The translations under genes and the position numbers were made by a program. A stretch of DNA of 64,000 nt from an uncultured Actinomycetota bacterium (GTDB lineage Bacteria > Actinomycetota > Actinomycetes > Actinomycetales > Quadrisphaeraceae), in assembly GCA_963781365.1 (NCBI GenBank), contig CAWAFR010000001.1, positions 57,481 to 121,480 on the forward strand, written 5' to 3'. Below are positions 1 through 8,713 of this stretch, piece by piece; positions within the stretch are counted from its first letter, which is position 1; the number at the start of each line of letters is the position of its first letter. Under the pieces are notes generated by a model. It saw nothing but the letters and a program-made list of their open reading frames with translations. It made no database searches and was not told the DNA's origin.

Positions 1-435
1 GCCGACTTCCTCCCCCTGCTGGCCGGCGACGACGGCGTCATCCGCGGTCCCGCAGCCGACGGGCGCGTCTCCGCCGTCGCGCAGGACGACGTCGCCGACG
101 CCGCGGTCGTCATCCTGACCGCCACCCTGAGCGACCCCGCGGCGCACGCCGGGCGCACGTACGACCTGCTCGGGCCCCAGGCGCTCACCTTGGTGGAGGT
201 CGCCGCGACGGTGACCGCGGTGACCGGCCGGGAGGTCAGCTACCACCCGGAGTCGCTGGAGGAGGCGTACGCCTCCCGTGCCTCCTACGGCGCACCGGGC
301 TGGCAGGTGGACGCCTGGGTCTCGACGTACACCGCCATCGCCGCGGGCGAGCAGACGGGGACGAGCTCCGCCGTCTCCGACCTCACCGGGCGTCCGGCGA
401 CGACGCTGGAGGAGCTGCTGCGCAGGAGCCGCTGA
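1..435 (+). CDS. NmrA-like/atypical SDR NAD(P)H-binding protein, 5'-truncated by window edge
   Basis: Frame 1 is open from base 1: GVIRGPAADGRVSAVAQDDVADAA...TYDLLGPQALTLVEVA...VSDLTGRPATTLEE, a typical NmrA C-terminal half. Confidence 0.8.
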   Translation, partial: ADFLPLLAGDDGVIRGPAADGRVSAVAQDDVADAAVVILTATLSDPAAHAGRTYDLLGPQALTLVEVAATVTAVTGREVSYHPESLEEAYASRASYGAPGWQVDAWVSTYTAIAAGEQTGTSSAVSDLTGRPATTLEELLRRSR

Positions 436-1424
436 CGTCGCCTCCCCCAGCGTGGCCGTCCCACCAGGCGAGCACGCGCAGCGCGTGGAGGGTCAGCCCC
501 CGGGTGGGCTCACCGACGCCGCTGTCGACGTCGAACCAGACCCGCCCCTCGTGGCGGGTCTGCGGGTGCCACGTGCCGTCGGGGTCCCGGGCGCTGCGGA
601 TGAGCTCGACGGCCTCGGCGACCCGAGGGTCGGGGCGGCGGCCGTCGTGCAGCGCTGGCGAGCGCAGGTGGTCGGCGGCGCGCAGCGCGCTGCAGGTCCA
701 GCGGAACGGGTAGGCGAAGTGGTGCGCCCACGGGCCGTGCGGCTCACCGGTGCTCAGCCGCCGCAGGAGGTGGCGGGCCAGCAGGCGCTCCTCGCCGCGG
801 TGCCGCGCGTCGCGCAGGGCGGGTGACCCGCCGGTGCGCTGCTCGTGGTCGAGCAGCCCGACGACGGCGTTGAGCGTGGAGTGGAACGACGAGCGCACGC
901 AGCCCTCGACCCACTCGCAGTTCCACCCGCCGTCGTCGAGCTGGTGCTCGGGGAACCACGCCTGGAGGGCGGAGACGTCAGCGCCGAGCCAGGCGCCGTT
1001 GGCAGGGTGAAGGCGTTGATGCAGACGTCGACCTCCCCACCCAGTACGGGAGGTCCTCGTACTCCCACCGGGAGCTCTGCTCGAGCAGCTGCGCGGTGCC
1101 CGGTCGCAGCGCCTCCGGCTCGACGCCCCACTCGCGCAGGCTGTTGAGCGACCACGTGGTGGCGGTGTACGGCTGTCCCGGCTCGTCCGGCGCTGTGCCC
1201 TCGCGGACCTCGCGGGGGAAGTACGCGCCGCCGGCCCACTGCCCGTCGTCGTCCTGCAGCGCGAGGAGCCGGGCACCGAGGCCCTCGCTCGCGACGCGGG
1301 CACGTGTGACGCGCCAGACGTCCTCCGGGGCGTGGACGAGGTCTCGCTCCACCTGCCAGCGCAGGCTCGGGTCGGCGTCGAGGAGCCAGTCGAGGACGGG
1401 GGTCGGGACGGCGTCGGCGGCCAC
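383..1424 (-). CDS. Squalene-cyclase/prenyltransferase-repeat (alpha/alpha toroid) protein; frameshift(s) near 1000-1045
   Basis: VLDWLLDADPSLRWQVERDL, QW-like repeats LLALQDDDGQW, EHQLDDGGWNC and ARDPDGTW, plus RSSFHST; split across ORFs 978..1724, 754..1239 and 383..1531. Confidence 0.7.
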
Positions 1425-1502
1425 GGGCGAGACCGTAGACCCGGGCACCGACTGTCCGGGAGTCCCTGACCCCGGGGCTCCGTGATCGCTAGCGTCCGTC
1501 GG

Positions 1503-2454
1503 GTGGACGCCGACCCGCCTCCCCGACCCACCTCCCCGACCCACGCGCCGCAGGGCGCTCGGGCTGCTGGCCGCGGGGGCCGCCGTCGTCGCGGTGGGCG
1601 GGGCAGGAGCCGCCGGGGTCGCTGTCGCCGAGCCCCGGGTGTGGCACCGCGTCCGGGCGGCGGCGGGGTGGCCGGAGCGGGGCCCGGACGCGTCGCCGGT
1701 GTCGTCGGGTGCGGCGGTCGGCACCCGGGACTCGGGGAGCTTCGCCTCGGCCGCGTGCGGACGCGACGTCAGCTGGCGGCTCGCCCTCCCACCGGGCGCC
1801 GCAGCCGGCGAAGCCCTTCCGGTGGCGCTGGTGCTTCACGGCCGGGGCGGGAGCGCACGCAGCGCCTTCAGCGGCCTCGCCCTCGACGGGTTCCTCGCGG
1901 ACGCCGTCGCCTCCGGCACGCCACCGTTCACGCTGGCCTCCGTCGACGGCGGCGACCACTCGTACTGGCACCGTCGCGCCACGGGCGAGGACCCGCAGGG
2001 GATGCTGGTGCAGGAGTACCTGCCGCTGCTGGCCGACCGCGGGCTGGTGACGTCGCGGATCGCCGCCTTCGGGTGGTCGATGGGGGGCTACGGGGCGCTG
2101 CTGCTGGTGACGGCCCTCGGCCCTGACCGCGTGGCCGCGGTGGCGGCCGACAGCCCGGCCCTGTGGGAGCGCGCAGCAGACACCGCTCCAGGCGCGTTCG
2201 ACGACGCCGCCGACTTCGCCGCCGACTTCGCCGCCCACGACGTCTCCACGCGCCAGGGCGACCTCGCCGACATCCGGGTGCGCGTGGCGTGCGGGGAGTC
2301 CGACCCCTTCTACGACGCGACGCGCGCCTTCGCGGCGACGACGCCGGACCTTGCCGGCGCGGTCTACGGGCCGGGCGCCCACGACCAGGGTTACTGGCGC
2401 TCGACGGCGCTGGGCCAGCTGCGGTTCCTCGGGTCGGCGCTCGCCAGCCGCTGA
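1503..2454 (+). CDS. Alpha/beta-hydrolase esterase with probable Tat signal; likely frameshift in the C-rich 5' part
   Basis: LHGRGG, nucleophile elbow GWSMGGYG, CGESDPF, GAHDQGYW; in-frame upstream PTRRRALGLLAAGAAVVAV; TAGCGT -10 seven nt before GTG1503. Confidence 0.75.
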
Positions 2455-2489
2455 GTCACACCGGGCAGGCGTCGGCTCGTGCTGGCACG

Positions 2490-4375
2490 TCAGCAGTCGC
2501 AGGTCTGGCGTGGTGAGGGGATGTCCGGGGTCGCTGACCCGGGGTGCTCGTACCCGGGGTGCTCCTGCCCGGGTTGGTCGGGTGGGTCGGGTGGGTCCTC
2601 GGCCCACCCGCCCGGTGGGTCCAGCAGCAGCAGCTGCACCGTCCTGGCGGTGGCGTCCACCAGCGACCGGCGCGGGCTGGTCAGCCACCGTCGCAGCGGG
2701 TCCACCCCCCGCGGCGGGCGCACCTGCGGGACCCCGCGGCGCATCCGCACCTGCCAGGCGCCCAGGGTCACCAGCTGGTGGTGGCGGAAGCACAGCAGCA
2801 CCCCGGAGTCCACATCGGTGGGTCCCCCCTGGGCCCAGGGGTGCACGTGGTGGGCTTCCAGCCACCCCGGTGGAGCGGTGCACCCCGGGATCACGCAGCC
2901 GCCGTCGCGGGCGAGCATCGCCCGGCGCTGGGAGGCGGTGAACAGCCTGACGGCGCGTCCCAGGGACAGCACCGCGCCGTCCGGCCCGTCACAGGACATC
3001 CGCACCGCCTGGATCACCCCGGAGCAGGCCAGGTGCAGCAGGCTCGCCCGGGTCAGCGTGCGTGCGGTGCTCTCACAGGTGGCCTGCCCGGCGCCGGCGT
3101 GACCGGCGAGCTGGGCGTCGGTGGCGGTCACGATGATGCGGGGCACTTCCCCACCGCGGGTGGCGGTGGTGGACAGGCCCTGGCGGGCCAGGACTCCCAG
3201 GGCGTCGGCGCGGCGCTGGGGGGCGCTGCGCTGATCGCGCACCGGCACTGTGGGCGGTGACGCCTGCCCGGCACCGGGGGCACCGGGCGTCTCGTGCTCG
3301 TCGTCGTGCTCGTCGTCGTGCTCGTCGTCGGGCTCGTCGTCGGGCTGGTCGTCGGGCTGGTCGTCGGGCTGGTCGTCGTGCTGGTCGTCCTGGTGGTCGC
3401 TGAGGGGTGCGTGGACGGTGGCTTCGGGCTTGGACAGGTGGTCCAGGGCGACTTGCAGGGCGGCGGCGGTGACGGGGTCCAGGCGTGCGCGCACGTCCAT
3501 CCAGCCGTCGGCGTGCACGGTGGTGTTCAGGTAGCGGCGCTCTGCGTCATCGGGGTCGTAGCTGCCGTCGGCGCGGTCGGGGTCCAGGGTGTGGGCCAGG
3601 GTCTGGCAGATGGTGCGGGCCCGGGCGTGGCTCAGGCCGGGCAGCAGCTCGGCCAGGGCGGCGTCGGCGGCGGGGCCGCGGGTGCGGCGGATGCGGGCGG
3701 GCAGGCTGGCCAGGGTGCGCGCCGCCAGGGCGGTGATGTCGGTGGAGACCTGCCCGGCGGCGTGGCGCAGGCCCAGGGCGCCCAGGGTGATGGTGGAGCT
3801 ACCTGTGCAGGGTCCTGGAGCGGGGCCGGCTGCTGGGCTGGACCCGCGACAGGACCCGCGGCAGGTCCCGCGACAGGACCGGCGAGCGCAGCGACCTCGT
3901 CGTCGCCATCGCGTCCGTCGCCATCAAGGGTCGGCTCCTCGACGGGTGGCGGGGGTGTCAGGGGCGGTGCGGTCAGGACGGCGGCGAGCTTGGCTTCGGT
4001 GGCGGCGCGCGTGGGGTCGGCGCCGGTGTGCGTCAGGAGCAGGTCGACCACGGTGGTGGCGCCCAGGGTGCGCAGGTCTTCGGGGGTGAAGGTGGAGGTC
4101 AGGCGGAGCAGGACGGCGTCGGCGACGTGGCGGGCGGCGGCGACCTGGCGCAGGGCGTCCAGGCGCTGGTCGGGGGTGAGGGTCGCGGTGTGGTGGGAGG
4201 CGCTCTGGGCGGCGTCCAGGGCGGTGCGGCTCAGGGTGAGGGCCTCGGCCAGGGGCCCGGTCAGGGGCAGCGGCGGCAGGTCGGGGAGGAGTGCGTCGCG
4301 GGGGTCGCCCTCGGTGGGGTCGGCGCCGAGGGCGCCGGGGGCCAGGGGCTCCCAGCGCTGCTCGGTGGTGGTCAT
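2490..4375 (-). CDS. DUF222 + HNH endonuclease protein (13E12-repeat family); frameshifts near 3560 and 3810
   Basis: QRRADALG, LSLGRAVRLFTASQRRAMLARDGGCVIPGC...EAHHVHPWAQGGPTDVDSGVLLCFRHHQLV; N-terminus MTTTEQR in ORF 3632..4453. Confidence 0.85.
3292..3397. repeat. Degenerate 12-nt tandem repeat encoding an acidic DD(Q/E)(P/H) tract inside the DUF222 gene
   Basis: Units such as GCTCGTCGTCGT and GCTGGTCGTCGG; protein reads DDQHDDQPDDQPDDQPDDEPDDEHDDEHDDEH. Confidence 0.85.
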
Positions 4376-4382
4376 GGTGATG

Positions 4383-4404
4383 ACGCTAGGGGTGGCCACC
4401 GACA
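4383..4404 (-). promoter_or_regulatory. RecA-NDp/PafBC-type DNA-damage promoter of the DUF222-HNH gene (leaderless)
   Basis: Minus strand TGTCGG-tggccacccc(10)-TAGCGT, 7 nt before ATG4375; matches the actinobacterial TGTCGG-N10-TAnnnT consensus. Confidence 0.75.
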
Positions 4405-4498
4405 GTCGAACGGGTGTGCAGACCCGATGCACAAGGAGCATGATCCGCGCCATCCGAGGTTCACCCGAACGGAGCAGTCCGGGCGCACTGCACGGAAC

Positions 4499-4843
4499 TC
4501 AGGAGCGGCTCCGCTGCTGCTCCAGCAGCTTCTTCGGCGCCTGCACCTCCCACGCCTCGCGGAGCACCTCGGCGAGCTCGTCGACCTCCAGCTCCGCGAG
4601 CCGCGCCAGCACGTACGGGTAACCGGCGTAGTGGGGCGTGCGGAAGAAGGCGACGGGGTCGGCGAGGGTGAGCTCCTCGGCGTCCTCCACGGTCGGACGT
4701 CGCAGCACCAGCACCCCGGGCTCGTCGTGGAGCCGGGCGAAGAGCCTGTCGTGCACGCGGAACCCCGGGAAGCCCCAGGAGGGCTTCTCCGTGGTGTCCG
4801 GGAGCGCCAGCGCGAGGCGCCGGACGTCGTCGTCGTCAGCCAT
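4499..4843 (-). CDS. MmcQ/YjbR family DNA-binding protein
   Basis: VRRLALALPDTTEKPSWGFPGFRVHDRLFARL...FFRTPHYAGYPYVLARL...EAWEVQAPKKL. Confidence 0.85.
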   Translation of the reverse strand: MADDDDVRRLALALPDTTEKPSWGFPGFRVHDRLFARLHDEPGVLVLRRPTVEDAEELTLADPVAFFRTPHYAGYPYVLARLAELEVDELAEVLREAWEVQAPKKLLEQQRSRS

Positions 4844-4911
4844 CCCCGGAGCCTCCTCCGGTGCGGCTCGCAGCGGGAGCCCTGCGAGCGCGCCACCACC
4901 AGGATGGGTGC

Positions 4912-5388
4912 GTGGACCTGCCCCCCTGGCTGGCGACCGCGGCGCGTCCGGTGACCGCTGCCGGCGCGCTCGTCCGCGACGACGCGGGCCGGGTGCTGCT
5001 CGTCGAGCCCACCTACAAGCCGGTGTGGGAGGTGCCGGGCGGCGTCGTCGAGGCCGACGAGACCCCGCTCACCGCGTGCCGCCGCGAGGTGCTCGAGGAG
5101 CTCGGCCTCGACGACGGCGCGCTGCCCGTCGGTCGCCTGCTCATCGTCGACTGGTGCCTGTCGCAGCACGGCGCACCGGCGCTGCGGCTGCTCTACGACG
5201 GCGGGACGCTCCCCGCCGAGCGCGAGCTGCGGCTGCCGCCGGCGGAGCTGGCCTCGGCGCGGTTCGTCGAGCTCGACGACGTCGACAGCCTGTGCAGCCC
5301 AGCGCTCGCCCTGCGGGTGCGGGCCGCGGTGCGGGCGCTGGCCGAGGGCGTCGTGCTGGAGCTGGAGGACGGCCGGGAGCGCCGCTGA
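4912..5388 (+). CDS. NUDIX hydrolase
   Basis: Nudix box PGGVVEADETPLTACRREVLEELG; CAGGAT -10 six nt before GTG4912. Confidence 0.9.
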   Translation: MDLPPWLATAARPVTAAGALVRDDAGRVLLVEPTYKPVWEVPGGVVEADETPLTACRREVLEELGLDDGALPVGRLLIVDWCLSQHGAPALRLLYDGGTLPAERELRLPPAELASARFVELDDVDSLCSPALALRVRAAVRALAEGVVLELEDGRERR

Positions 5389-5392
5389 GGCG

Positions 5393-5965
5393 TCACCGTG
5401 CAGGACCCGCGGGTTCGTCCAGCAGCTGGTGCAGCACGTGGTCCTGCCAGCGGCCGGCGATGCGCAGGTAGCGCGGGGCGCGGCCGATCTCGGTGAAGCC
5501 GGTGCGTGCGAGCACCCGGCGGGAGGCGGCGTTGTGCTCGAGGGTGTCGGCCTGCAGCCGGTGCAGGCCGAGGTCGTCGAAGGCGACGCGGACAGCGGCG
5601 GCCACCGCTGCCGTGCCCACGCCGGCGCCCGTCGCGTGGGCGGAGACCCAGTAGCCGAGGTGCGCGGACTGGAAGGCGCCCCTGACGACGTCGTTGATCG
5701 TCATGCGACCCACCACCTCCTCGCTGCCGTCCGCGGCGGCGCGGCAGATGAGCAGCGGCACGACCGCGCCGGTCGCGTGGCGGCGCAGCGCCTCGCGCAG
5801 GAGGCGGCGCTGCACCGGCTCGGTGGCGTGGTCGGCGTCGCGCAGCGGCTCCCAGGGAGCGAGGTGGTCGGCGTTGGCGGCGAGCAGGTGGGTGAGCGCC
5901 GCGGCGTCGTCCTCGGTGACGAGCCGCAGGCTCACACCACCCGCGGACGGGGTGTGCGCGGTCAC
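5393..5965 (-). CDS. RimJ/RimL-type GNAT N-acetyltransferase
   Basis: NADHLAPWEP, VVRGAFQSAHLGYWVS, LGLHRLQADTLEHNAASRRVL, YLRIAGRWQDH. Confidence 0.9.
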   Translation of the reverse strand: MTAHTPSAGGVSLRLVTEDDAAALTHLLAANADHLAPWEPLRDADHATEPVQRRLLREALRRHATGAVVPLLICRAAADGSEEVVGRMTINDVVRGAFQSAHLGYWVSAHATGAGVGTAAVAAAVRVAFDDLGLHRLQADTLEHNAASRRVLARTGFTEIGRAPRYLRIAGRWQDHVLHQLLDEPAGPAR

Positions 5966-6006
5966 GGGTCCAGGATGGCGGCGTGCCTCCCGAGGGATGC
6001 TGGGCG

Positions 6007-6483
6007 GTGGCCTGCCGCGACGCGGGCGTCGACGACCTGCCCGCCGTTGCGGTCCTCGCGGCCCAGCACCACGGCGGCGACGCCCCGCAGTGGGTCGAGC
6101 GCCTCCACCGGTAGCTGGCGCGTCGTTCCGCGCACCTCGTCGTCGCCGAGGTCGACGGCCGGCTCGTCGGGTACGGGAAGTCGGGCCCCTGCACACCCGT
6201 CGACGACGACGACCCCGCGCCCGCCGGCCGCTACCTCACCGGTCTCCTCGTCGACCCGGCCCGGCGACGACGCGGCCTCGGCGAGGAGCTGACGCGCAGG
6301 CGGCTGGAGCTGATCCACGCCGACGGCGAGCCGGCGTGGTGCTTCACGAACGCCCGCAACGCCGCGTCGTTCGCACTGCACCTGGCGCTGGGGTTCGTGG
6401 AGGTCGGCCGGGCGCCCCGCTACCTCGGCGAGCCGTTGGCCGGCGGGGTCGGGGTGCTGCTGCGGGCCGACCCGCGCACGTGA
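6007..6483 (+). pseudogene. GNAT acetyltransferase with one in-frame TAG at 6112-6114 (absent from the ORF track)
   Basis: Manual frame-1 translation: VACRDAGVDDLPAV...RLHR*LARRSAHLVVAEVDGRLVGYG...YLTGLLVDPARRRRGLGEELTRRRL...FTNARNAASFALHLALGFVEV. Confidence 0.75.
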
Positions 6484-6487
6484 CGAC

Positions 6488-6522
6488 GGTGGCGGGACTG
6501 CATGATCACGCCGGGGAGGGGG
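6488..6522 (-). repeat. GTGATCATG-core REP-like element (half copy) providing the yczE stop codon
   Basis: Minus strand CCCCCTCCCCGGCG-TGA-TCATGCAGTCCCGCCACC. Confidence 0.8.
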
Positions 6523-7171
6523 CGGCGGGCCTGACGGCGGCCGGGCGGGTGCGCAGGCGCATCGCCGGGATGGTCCGGTGCACGATCGGGCCGATGGCCA
6601 GCGCGTAGACGAGCGTGCCCCACCCGACGGTGCCGCCGAGCGCGAAGCCGATGCCGAGAACCAGCACCTCGACGCCGGTGCGGGCCAGCCGCAGCGGCAC
6701 CCCTCTGGTCGCCAGGCCGATGCTCAGCCCGTCACGGGGCCCGGGGCCGAGCCCCGCGCCGACGTACAGCCCGGTGGCGAGGCCGTTGAGGACGACGCCG
6801 CCCAGCAGCAGCGCCCAGGCGGCCGCCGTCGTCGCCGCCGCGGGCACCAGCGCCAGCCCGGCGTTGATGGAGAGGCCGACGAGGACGACGTTGGTCAGCG
6901 TCCCGACGCCCGGACGCTGCCGCAGGGGGATCCAGCACAGCAGGACCACGACGCCGGTGAGGATCGACCAGGTGCCGACCTGCCCGCCGAAGGTCGCGGC
7001 CATCCCCTGGTCGAGCACCGACCACGGCATGACGCCGAGCCCGGAGCGCAGCATGAGGGCGATGCTCGCGCCGTACAGGAACAGGCCGACGACGAGGACG
7101 ACGGCGCGCAGCGGTCGGCGGTCGGCGGGCACGGGAAGCAGGGCGCGCGTCAGGGAGTGGATCGGGCTCAC
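6506..7171 (-). CDS. yczE: YczE/YyaS/YitT family membrane protein
   Basis: SGLGVMPWSVLDQG, LRQRPGVGTLTN, YVGAGLGPGPRDGL, LGGTVGWGTLVYALAIGP. Confidence 0.9.
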   Translation of the reverse strand: MSPIHSLTRALLPVPADRRPLRAVVLVVGLFLYGASIALMLRSGLGVMPWSVLDQGMAATFGGQVGTWSILTGVVVLLCWIPLRQRPGVGTLTNVVLVGLSINAGLALVPAAATTAAAWALLLGGVVLNGLATGLYVGAGLGPGPRDGLSIGLATRGVPLRLARTGVEVLVLGIGFALGGTVGWGTLVYALAIGPIVHRTIPAMRLRTRPAAVRPAAPSPA

Positions 7172-7187
7172 CGGTCCACGGTCTCCC

Positions 7188-7215
7188 ACTTGGCCCTTTC
7201 GCGGTACGGCCAAGT
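7188..7215. promoter_or_regulatory. Inverted-repeat operator between divergent yczE and the MocR gene
   Basis: ACTTGGCC-N12-GGCCAAGT, perfect 8-bp arms. Confidence 0.65.
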
Positions 7216-7231
7216 CGCCGAGGATGGCCGG

Positions 7232-8713
7232 GTGGACCCCAGCCGCCTCTCCGTCCTGCTGGCACCGTGGGTGGCCGGGACGCCGGCGGGGAGCGCGACG
7301 GGCAGCCCGGCGCTGCCCGCCTACTCCGCGCTCGCCGACGGCGTCCGCGGCCTCGCCCTCGACGGCCGTCTGCCCGCCGGCACGCGGCTGCCCAGCGAGC
7401 GCGCCCTCGCGGTGGCCCTCGGCGTCAGCCGCACCACCGTGTCCGCCGCGTACGACGTCCTGCGCGCCGAGGGCTACCTGCGCAGCGCCCACGGTGCCGG
7501 CAGCCGCGTGGCGCTGCCGTCGTCGCTGCGCGCCCGGCCCGACGCCGACGCCGACGAGCCGGAGGGCGTGCTCGACCTCACCGTCGCCGCGCTGCCCGCC
7601 CCGGCGCAGGTGCTCGACGCCGTCGCCGCGGCCACCGCCGAGCTGCCCGCGCTGCTCGCCGACCACGGCATGCACCCCTACGGGCTGCCGGCCCTGCGGC
7701 GGGCTGTCGCGGCGCACCTCACCAGCCGAGGCTTGGCCACGGAGGCGGAGCAGGTGCTCGTCACCGGCGGAGCGCTGCAGGCCTGGAACCTCCTGCTGCG
7801 CACGCTCACCTCCCCCGGGCAACGGGTGCTCGTCGAGCAGCCGACCTACCCGGCCGTGATCGACGCCGTCCGCGCGCACCACCTGCGCCCGGTCGCGCTG
7901 CCCGTCAGCGCCGACGGGTGGGACCTGCCGACGACGCCGTCCGGGCGCCGCTCACTGGAGAGCGCGGTGCTGGCGCACGTCACCGTCGACGGGCAGAACC
8001 CGACCGGGCTGCTCGCCGACCTCGCCCAGCGGCGGGACCTCCTGCGCGGGCTGTCCAGCAGGACGGCGGGCGGCCCGCTCGTCGCCGTCGACGAGACCTT
8101 CGCCGACCTCGTGCCCGAGTCGGAGGCACCGCCGCGCCTGGCCGCCGTCGCCGCGGCGGAGGGGCTGGCCGCCGGCGGGCGCGGCGTGGTGACGCTCGGG
8201 TCGATGAGCAAGAGCTTCTGGGCCGGGCTGCGCGTGGGGTGGGTCCGCGGCGAGCCGGAGCTGCTGGCCCGGCTCGCGCAGGCGCGCGCCAGCATGGACA
8301 TCACCTCCCCCGTGCTCGACCAGCTGGTGGCGGTGCAGCTGCTGGCGCAGGCCCCCGCCGTGCTCGCCGAGCGCCGGGCGCTGCTGGCCGAGCGCCGCGA
8401 CGCGCTCGTCGCGGCCCTCGCGCGGGGAGTGCCGGACTGGACGGTGCGGCCGGCGCAGGCCGGCCTCGTGCTGTGGGCGTGCCTGCCGACGCCGAGCGCG
8501 ACCCAGCTCGCCGCTCACGCCCTCGACCTGGGCGTGCGGCTCTCCCCCGGGCCGCGGTTCACCGTCGACGGCACCGGTGACCGCTGGCTGCGGCTGCCGT
8601 TCATCACGCCCGCCGACGACGTCGACCGCCTCGTCGCCGTGCTCCGCGAGGCGCGGGCCCGGGCGGTCTCGAGCACCCCGACGACGCGCACCCCGGCCCG
8701 GTGGACGGCGTGA
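7232..8713 (+). CDS. yczR: MocR/GabR-family (GntR HTH + PLP aminotransferase) regulator, YczR type
   Basis: GTRLPSERALAVALGVSRTTVSAAY; GQNPTG; SMSKSFWAGLRVGW; divergent from yczE. Confidence 0.9.
   Translation: MDPSRLSVLLAPWVAGTPAGSATGSPALPAYSALADGVRGLALDGRLPAGTRLPSERALAVALGVSRTTVSAAYDVLRAEGYLRSAHGAGSRVALPSSLRARPDADADEPEGVLDLTVAALPAPAQVLDAVAAATAELPALLADHGMHPYGLPALRRAVAAHLTSRGLATEAEQVLVTGGALQAWNLLLRTLTSPGQRVLVEQPTYPAVIDAVRAHHLRPVALPVSADGWDLPTTPSGRRSLESAVLAHVTVDGQNPTGLLADLAQRRDLLRGLSSRTAGGPLVAVDETFADLVPESEAPPRLAAVAAAEGLAAGGRGVVTLGSMSKSFWAGLRVGWVRGEPELLARLAQARASMDITSPVLDQLVAVQLLAQAPAVLAERRALLAERRDALVAALARGVPDWTVRPAQAGLVLWACLPTPSATQLAAHALDLGVRLSPGPRFTVDGTGDRWLRLPFITPADDVDRLVAVLREARARAVSSTPTTRTPARWTA

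Noticed and set aside
3292-3397. Tandem repeat as a possible CRISPR array
   Set aside because: The 12-nt units have no unique spacers, lie in-frame in a CDS, and no cas genes are present
2490-4375. DUF222-HNH genes as bounded transposons
   Set aside because: No terminal inverted repeats or target-site duplications found by eye around either copy
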